Below are positions 52,703 through 56,876 of a DNA stretch of 56,876 bases, piece by piece. Each line of letters begins with the position of its first letter. Within the stretch, counting starts at the first letter, position 1. This DNA is from an uncultured Candidatus Saccharibacteria bacterium (GTDB taxonomy: Bacteria > Patescibacteriota > Doudnabacteria > UBA920), in NCBI GenBank assembly GCA_964556325.1, contig CAZKVS010000006.1, positions 1 through 56,876 of the forward strand, written 5' to 3'. The notes beneath the pieces were generated by a model. That model searched no databases, was not told the DNA's origin, and saw nothing but the letters and a program-made list of their open reading frames with translations. Position numbers and translations under genes: made by a program.

Positions 52703-53773
52703 TTATTTTTGCAGGTTTTCTTTCTTAAGTCGGAGGTCCGCTTTTTGGAGGGCGTCAAAAATAGGCTCAAACTTACCCTCCATAATTAAGCTAATTTGGT
52801 TGAAGTTTTCGTTAATGCGATGGTCCGTGACCCGGTCTTGAGGAAAGTTGTAGGTGCGAATTTTTTCGCTACGGTCGCCAGTCCCGATTTGGCTCAACCG
52901 AGCGTCTTTGAGTTTTTTGTCTTCAATTTCCTTGTAGTGGGCAGCCACACGAGCCCGAATAACTGCTAAGGCTTTTTCGCGGTTTTGGGCCTGGCTCCGT
53001 TCGTCCTGACATTGCGCGGTAATGCCGGTCGGGATGTGAAGAATCCGAATGGCAGAGTAGGTGGTGTTTACGCTTTGCCCGCCGTGGCCGGAGGAAGTTG
53101 TTGCTTCCATTTTAAGGTCTTTGGGGTCAATTTTATAATCTGCTTCGCCCAGTTCGGGTAATACAGCAACCGTTATGGTGGAAGTATGTACGCGGCCAGC
53201 TTTTTCTGTTTCCGGAACCCGCTGTACTCGATGAACGCCTGATTCGTACTTAAAAATACTATACGGCCCTTGTATTTGGCTGGCTTTGCCCGTGACTTCA
53301 AATATAACTTCTTTAAAACCACTTACCTCGCTGTGAGAGGATGACACAATGTGTACACGCCAGTTTTTACTTTCAGCAAATTTGCCATAAGCTCGAAATA
53401 GCTCCGCTGCAAACAAAGTGGATTCATCGCCTCCCGCCCCCGCGCGAATTTCCACCATTATATCTTTGTTATCATGCTCATCTTTTGGAAGCAGTTCGGT
53501 TTCTATTGCCTCCAGCAACTCGCTTGCTTGGACTTGTAGTAGCTTCAAGTCGTCGTGGGCCATTGTTTGTATTTCCGAATCAGGAGAGCTGAGCAGGTCT
53601 GTCGTTCCTTGTATTTCCGCTTCTACTTTTTGGAGTTTTTGAACTTTCTCCACAACCGGTACGAGCTCCGCTTGTCGCTTGCCTAAGCGCGCCAAATCCT
53701 GCGGGTTACCTTGGGCTAACTCGTTGAGATTGGCTTCGTATTCATCAAGAATTTTTTGAAAGGCTACATTCAT
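52703..53773 (-). CDS. prfA: peptide chain release factor 1
   Basis: GGQ motif (SGHGGQSVN), a PxT-type tripeptide (VPETE) and the RF1-type N-terminus. Confidence 0.93.
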   Translation of the reverse strand: MNVAFQKILDEYEANLNELAQGNPQDLARLGKRQAELVPVVEKVQKLQKVEAEIQGTTDLLSSPDSEIQTMAHDDLKLLQVQASELLEAIETELLPKDEHDNKDIMVEIRAGAGGDESTLFAAELFRAYGKFAESKNWRVHIVSSSHSEVSGFKEVIFEVTGKASQIQGPYSIFKYESGVHRVQRVPETEKAGRVHTSTITVAVLPELGEADYKIDPKDLKMEATTSSGHGGQSVNTTYSAIRILHIPTGITAQCQDERSQAQNREKALAVIRARVAAHYKEIEDKKLKDARLSQIGTGDRSEKIRTYNFPQDRVTDHRINENFNQISLIMEGKFEPIFDALQKADLRLKKENLQK

Positions 53774-53784
53774 AAAGGTAGTTT

Positions 53785-53830
53785 ACAGTGAACAGTGAAT
53801 AGCAATAAAGCCTCCTGTTCTGTTCACTGT
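53785..53830. repeat. word hairpin, family CAGTGAACAG/CTGTTCACTG (prfA 5' region)
   Basis: ACAGTGAACAG (53785-53795) opposes CTGTTCACTGT (53820-53830). Further copies of the word extend to ~53860. Confidence 0.7.
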
Positions 53831-53918
53831 ACACTTTACACTGTTCACTGATAATTCTAACACAAAACCACCCGCACAAAGTTCTTGCGCTTTTGGGTGG
53901 TTTAGAAGTTATGTTGAC

Positions 53919-54182
53919 CTAAGCTTTGGTTGTTCGAGCTTTGCGAGGTTTCTTTACGGTTGCCACAGCTTTGGCTTCGGCTGCTTTGGCCTGTTTCTGC
54001 TTAAAGCGATCTACCGTACCGGCAGTGTCAATCAAGTTCTGCTTACCAGTATAGAACGGATGGCATTTGCTGCAGATTTCCGTATGGAGGGCTTCTTTGG
54101 TCGAGCCTGTTTGCCAGGAGTTACCGCATGCGCAGGTAACGGTCGCTGTAGCAAAATATGTTGGATGGATACCGTTCTTCAT
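53919..54182 (-). CDS. rpmE: 50S ribosomal protein L31 (Zn-ribbon type) with a Lys/Ala-rich C-terminal extension
   Basis: MKNGIHPTY..., CACG...[12 protein letters not shown]. Confidence 0.9.
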   Translation of the reverse strand: MKNGIHPTYFATATVTCACGNSWQTGSTKEALHTEICSKCHPFYTGKQNLIDTAGTVDRFKQKQAKAAEAKAVATVKKPRKARTTKA

Positions 54183-54251
54183 ATAGAGGTATTAAATAGT
54201 GCATATAGTATAGCCGATTCTTGCTTTTTCCGTCAAGGGATGATACAATAA

Positions 54252-54340
54252 ACATTGACAAAATTGTACAGTATTTAAATAATTGACCAAAATTGACTTT
54301 TTTAATTTTGGACAATTCTGGTCAATTTTGGACAGTTATT
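54252..54340. repeat. word hairpin, family TTGAC(A/C)AAAATTG (upstream of rpsB)
   Basis: cattgacaaaattg...aattgaccaaaattgac opposes ttttggacaattctggtcaattttggaca. It may include a TTGACA-17-AATAAT promoter at 54255-54283. Confidence 0.55.
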
Positions 54341-54410
54341 AATGCATATCGCGCCTATATCCTCCCTTAATCAGGGCGTGCGCGGTAGAAGTAAAAAGGA
54401 CATAGCAGCT

Positions 54411-55163
54411 ATGAAAGACGTTACTTTGTTAGAGCTCCTCAAGAGTGGGGCACACTTTGGGCACACCACCAGCCGGTGGAACCCTCGCATGAAGCCGTTT
54501 ATATACACGGTTCGCAACAACATTCATATTTTAGATTTAGCCAAGACTCGGCAGCATTTGCTGAAAGCAGCGAGTTTTGTTTCCGATAAAGCCGCCATGG
54601 GTGGAACAGTACTGTTCGTAGGCACCAAGCGTCAGTCCAAAGAGAGCATAAAGAAGGCAGCGGAGGCAGCGGGTATGCCATTCGTAACCGCTCGTTGGTT
54701 GGGCGGTACTTTTACAAATTTTAGAACTATTCAAAAAACTATTCGCAAGCTGGAAAAGCTGGAAGAGCTACAGGCGACTGGCGAACTCGCAGCTCGATAT
54801 ACGAAAAAAGAACGCTTGCTTATTGAGCGAGAGATGCTCAAGCTCGAAAAACTGTTCGAAGGTATTAAGGGGCTTAAAAAGTTGCCGGATGTATTATTTG
54901 TCGCAGATATAATCCATGACGCTACCGCTGTGCGCGAAGCAAAGAAAATGGGTGTGCCTGTTATTGGACTTGTAGACAGTAATAGCGATCCAGATTTAGT
55001 TACGTACCCTATTGCATGTAACGATGACGCTACTAAGGCTGTGGAGCTTGTAAGCTCGGTTATTGCCGAAGCTATTGTGGAAGGTAGGAATCGTTTTGTA
55101 GCTAACCGTGCGCCTGTGGCGGAAGCTGCTCCAAAGCAAGAAACAGAAGAAGTAAACGCATAA
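54411..55163 (+). CDS. rpsB: 30S ribosomal protein S2
   Basis: LLKSGAHFGHTTSRWNPRMKPFIY and GTVLFVGTKRQ. The start is taken at ATG 54411. Confidence 0.93.
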   Translation: MKDVTLLELLKSGAHFGHTTSRWNPRMKPFIYTVRNNIHILDLAKTRQHLLKAASFVSDKAAMGGTVLFVGTKRQSKESIKKAAEAAGMPFVTARWLGGTFTNFRTIQKTIRKLEKLEELQATGELAARYTKKERLLIEREMLKLEKLFEGIKGLKKLPDVLFVADIIHDATAVREAKKMGVPVIGLVDSNSDPDLVTYPIACNDDATKAVELVSSVIAEAIVEGRNRFVANRAPVAEAAPKQETEEVNA

Positions 55164-55177
55164 TTAAATTCAGAATT

Positions 55178-55230
55178 AAAGAATGCAAAGTGCAGAATGA
55201 ACTAAATTCTGCATTCAACATTCTGCATTC
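55178..55230. repeat. word hairpin, family GAATGCAGAAT (rpsB-tsf spacer)
   Basis: TGCAGAAT (55190-55197) pairs with ATTCTGCA (55205-55212), with extra copies of the word on both sides. A related hairpin lies at ~55833-55905. Confidence 0.65.
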
Positions 55231-55244
55231 AAAATTTAACACAT

Positions 55245-55826
55245 ATGACAAACGAACTTATAAAAGAACTCCGTGAGCTTACTGGCGCGGGTATGATGGA
55301 TGTTAAAGAAGCGCTGGATGCAACCAATGGCGACAAGGAAGCGGCTATAGATTTTTTGCGCAAAAAAGGTTCGGTAAAGCTTACAAAAAAAGCAGATAGA
55401 GTTGCCAACGAAGGCATAGTGGAAAGCTATATACATGCCGGCGGTCGGATTGGCGTATTGGTTGAGCTAAACTGCGAAACAGATTTTGTTGCTCGTACTG
55501 ACGATTTTAAGCAGCTTGCAAAGGATATTGCATTACACATTGCTGCGAGTGCCCCTTTGTATGTTTCCAGTGCGGAAGTGCCTGAGGAGGCCTTGCTTCG
55601 GGAGCAAGAAATTTACAAGGAACAAGCTCAGGGCAAGCCACAAGACATTGTTGAAAAAATGATGTCCGGACGTGTCCAAAAATACTACGAAGAAGTATGT
55701 TTGCTTAACCAGCCATTTGTAAAAGATTCCAGCATTACCGTACAAGATATGCTTGGTACAAGCGTATCTAAAATGGGAGAGAACATTCAAGTCCGTCGTT
55801 TTGCTCGGTTTGTATTGGGAAACTAG
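55245..55826 (+). CDS. tsf: translation elongation factor Ts (short form)
   Basis: LIKELRELTGAGMMDVKEALDATNGDKEAAIDFLRKKG (UBA-like N-terminus) and VLVELNCETDFVA. Confidence 0.92.
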   Translation: MTNELIKELRELTGAGMMDVKEALDATNGDKEAAIDFLRKKGSVKLTKKADRVANEGIVESYIHAGGRIGVLVELNCETDFVARTDDFKQLAKDIALHIAASAPLYVSSAEVPEEALLREQEIYKEQAQGKPQDIVEKMMSGRVQKYYEEVCLLNQPFVKDSSITVQDMLGTSVSKMGENIQVRRFARFVLGN

Positions 55827-55906
55827 TAACGTATAGAATTCAGAATGGAGAATTTGGAATTTGCGGTCTTTCATTCTGCACTCTAAATTCAACATTCTGA
55901 ATTTTT

Positions 55907-56791
55907 ATGTCTGCCTATATTCTTCCAAACAGTATCCTTCTCTTGGCAATTGTTTCCGCAATACTAGTTATTGCGCGACATTTTCCTGAAGCGACGCGTC
56001 AGTTGGAAGAATCTGGCGGAGTACATACAGAAACGGCACGGGATGTCTTTAAGCGATGGTTGCCAAAGGCACGTGGTGGAGTTCGTTCCTTTTGGCGGTT
56101 TGTGCTAGAGGGTAAAGGACTACGCGACCCCAAGGGTTCTAAATTTCGCATGCGACAGCTGCTGGAGCAGAATCGTGCACCAAAAGGCAAGGTGGCGGTA
56201 AAGCCGAAAATTGCTAGTCCTCGCAATGTGCAACCGGCGGTGGCTTCTGTATTATCTGCCCCCTCTGAAGCGGTGGGCGATGTGGGTACCTATGATGCTG
56301 CTGTTGAAGACGCTTCAGTTAAGGGAGCTCCTGTGAGCTCAACAGAAACCTCCAGTGTCCCAATTGCAACTGAGGAGGTTATTGTGGTGCCAAAACCGCC
56401 TAAGGCGGTTTCTCGGCGTAAGCCGGTAGCGCCCTCCATAAACCCTGATGAGGTTATGCAGCAGGCAAAGACGTTTATTGATGGTAAAGAGTTTTTGCGC
56501 GCGCGACACGAGCTTGAGCAGGTTGCGAGTAGCTTTCCGGACAATCCAGTCTATTGGGCCCGGTTGGGATATGTGCAGTATCACTTAGGGGCGTACATGG
56601 AAGCAATCCGATGTTACCAGACATCTTTGGCACTTGATTCAAATCAAGCAAACCGCTATTATAACCTAGCCCTAGCGTACGAGGCAGCTCAGGAACACGC
56701 TGAGTCACTCGTTGCTCTCGACCAGGCTTTGGTGTTAGACCCGGACAATGTAAAGTATAAGCAGACCCGGGATGCCTTAAAAACAATGTAA
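55907..56791 (+). CDS. membrane-anchored TPR-repeat protein
   Basis: N-terminal TM helix and C-terminal TPR-like repeats (WARLGYVQYHLGAYMEAIRCYQTSLALD, YYNLALAYEAAQEHAESLVALDQALVLDP). Confidence 0.65.
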   Translation: MSAYILPNSILLLAIVSAILVIARHFPEATRQLEESGGVHTETARDVFKRWLPKARGGVRSFWRFVLEGKGLRDPKGSKFRMRQLLEQNRAPKGKVAVKPKIASPRNVQPAVASVLSAPSEAVGDVGTYDAAVEDASVKGAPVSSTETSSVPIATEEVIVVPKPPKAVSRRKPVAPSINPDEVMQQAKTFIDGKEFLRARHELEQVASSFPDNPVYWARLGYVQYHLGAYMEAIRCYQTSLALDSNQANRYYNLALAYEAAQEHAESLVALDQALVLDPDNVKYKQTRDALKTM

Positions 56792-56838
56792 GTAAGGCGA
56801 GCCGTCGCGCTAAGCGCGACAATTGGCACGCTAAGCAT

Positions 56839-56876
56839 GCCGTTTTAGCTCAGTTGGTAGAGCATCTCCATGGTAA
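56839..56876 (+). tRNA. tRNA-Thr (anticodon GGU), 5' part truncated by the window end
   Basis: GCCGTTT (acceptor), TA, GCTC-AGTTGGTA-GAGC (D arm), A, TCTCC (anticodon stem) and the loop ATGGTAA, giving anticodon GGT. Confidence 0.75.

Noticed and set aside
8049-54410. N-terminal extensions of track ORFs (8049, 15483, 16894, 20280, 22381, 24282, 30864, 41569, 47312, 52618, 54342).
   Set aside because: The extensions start at TTG/GTG or run through spacer hairpins. They encode non-conserved peptides, whereas an internal ATG gives the canonical N-terminus of the family (for example MDFEHL for GatA, MNQEEYKPVIGLEVH for GatB, MSFVHLHTHSHYS for DnaE, MKDVTLLELLKSGAHFGH for S2).
15404-55905. CRISPR array as an explanation for the repeated words in spacers.
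   Set aside because: The repeats are inverted, confined to single spacers between genes, and degenerate within a locus. They are not arranged as constant direct repeats alternating with unique spacers. No cas genes are present.

Overview
This 56.9-kb chromosomal window looks like a small-genome Patescibacteria/CPR-like bacterium. That placement is inferred from gene content, giant DUF11-type surface proteins, near absence of Shine-Dalgarno sequences and leaderless-looking starts. No database search was possible. About 40 protein genes are packed tightly, mostly on the + strand. They include two giant secreted proteins (1830 and 1146 aa), a DsbA/CcdA pair, gatCAB, miaA, holB, frr, rseP, proS, mreBCD-PBP2, folD and greA. 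They also include a LysRS-DUF2000 fusion, a PCD/DCoH dehydratase, a NUDIX hydrolase, serS, murF, a GxxExxY nuclease-like gene and ftsQ. The rest are thrS, dnaE, a SEDS protein, L25, a polysaccharide deacetylase, prmC, prfA, rpmE, rpsB, tsf, a TPR protein and the 5' part of tRNA-Thr(GGU). The non-coding content is the unusual part. (1) A ~2.2-kb ORF-free, GC-enriched gap between thrS and dnaE is a chain of long, mostly perfect helices. On the minus strand it reads as two promoter-to-terminator units, a candidate giant structured ncRNA locus that I could not match to any RNA family by eye. (2) A ~140-nt leader element occurs three times (6.1, 8.0, 15.0 kb). Its conserved 5' end, which contains a leaderless mini-ORF start, base-pairs with the start-codon region of the downstream gene, and covariation supports the pairing. 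(3) Almost every intergenic spacer carries a low-complexity 'word' hairpin belonging to multi-copy families. Members of these families also sit in frame inside dnaE, prmC, gatA and gatB. (4) The GxxExxY gene lies inside a hairpin element whose 14-bp termini are identical to an empty 108-bp copy 2.7 kb upstream. (5) A cassette at 9.2-10.8 kb appears GC-richer and has the window's only strong SD. It also has a near-consensus sigma70 promoter and a ~390-nt structured leader ending in a terminator. All coordinates were counted by hand, and structures and homologies were judged by eye.
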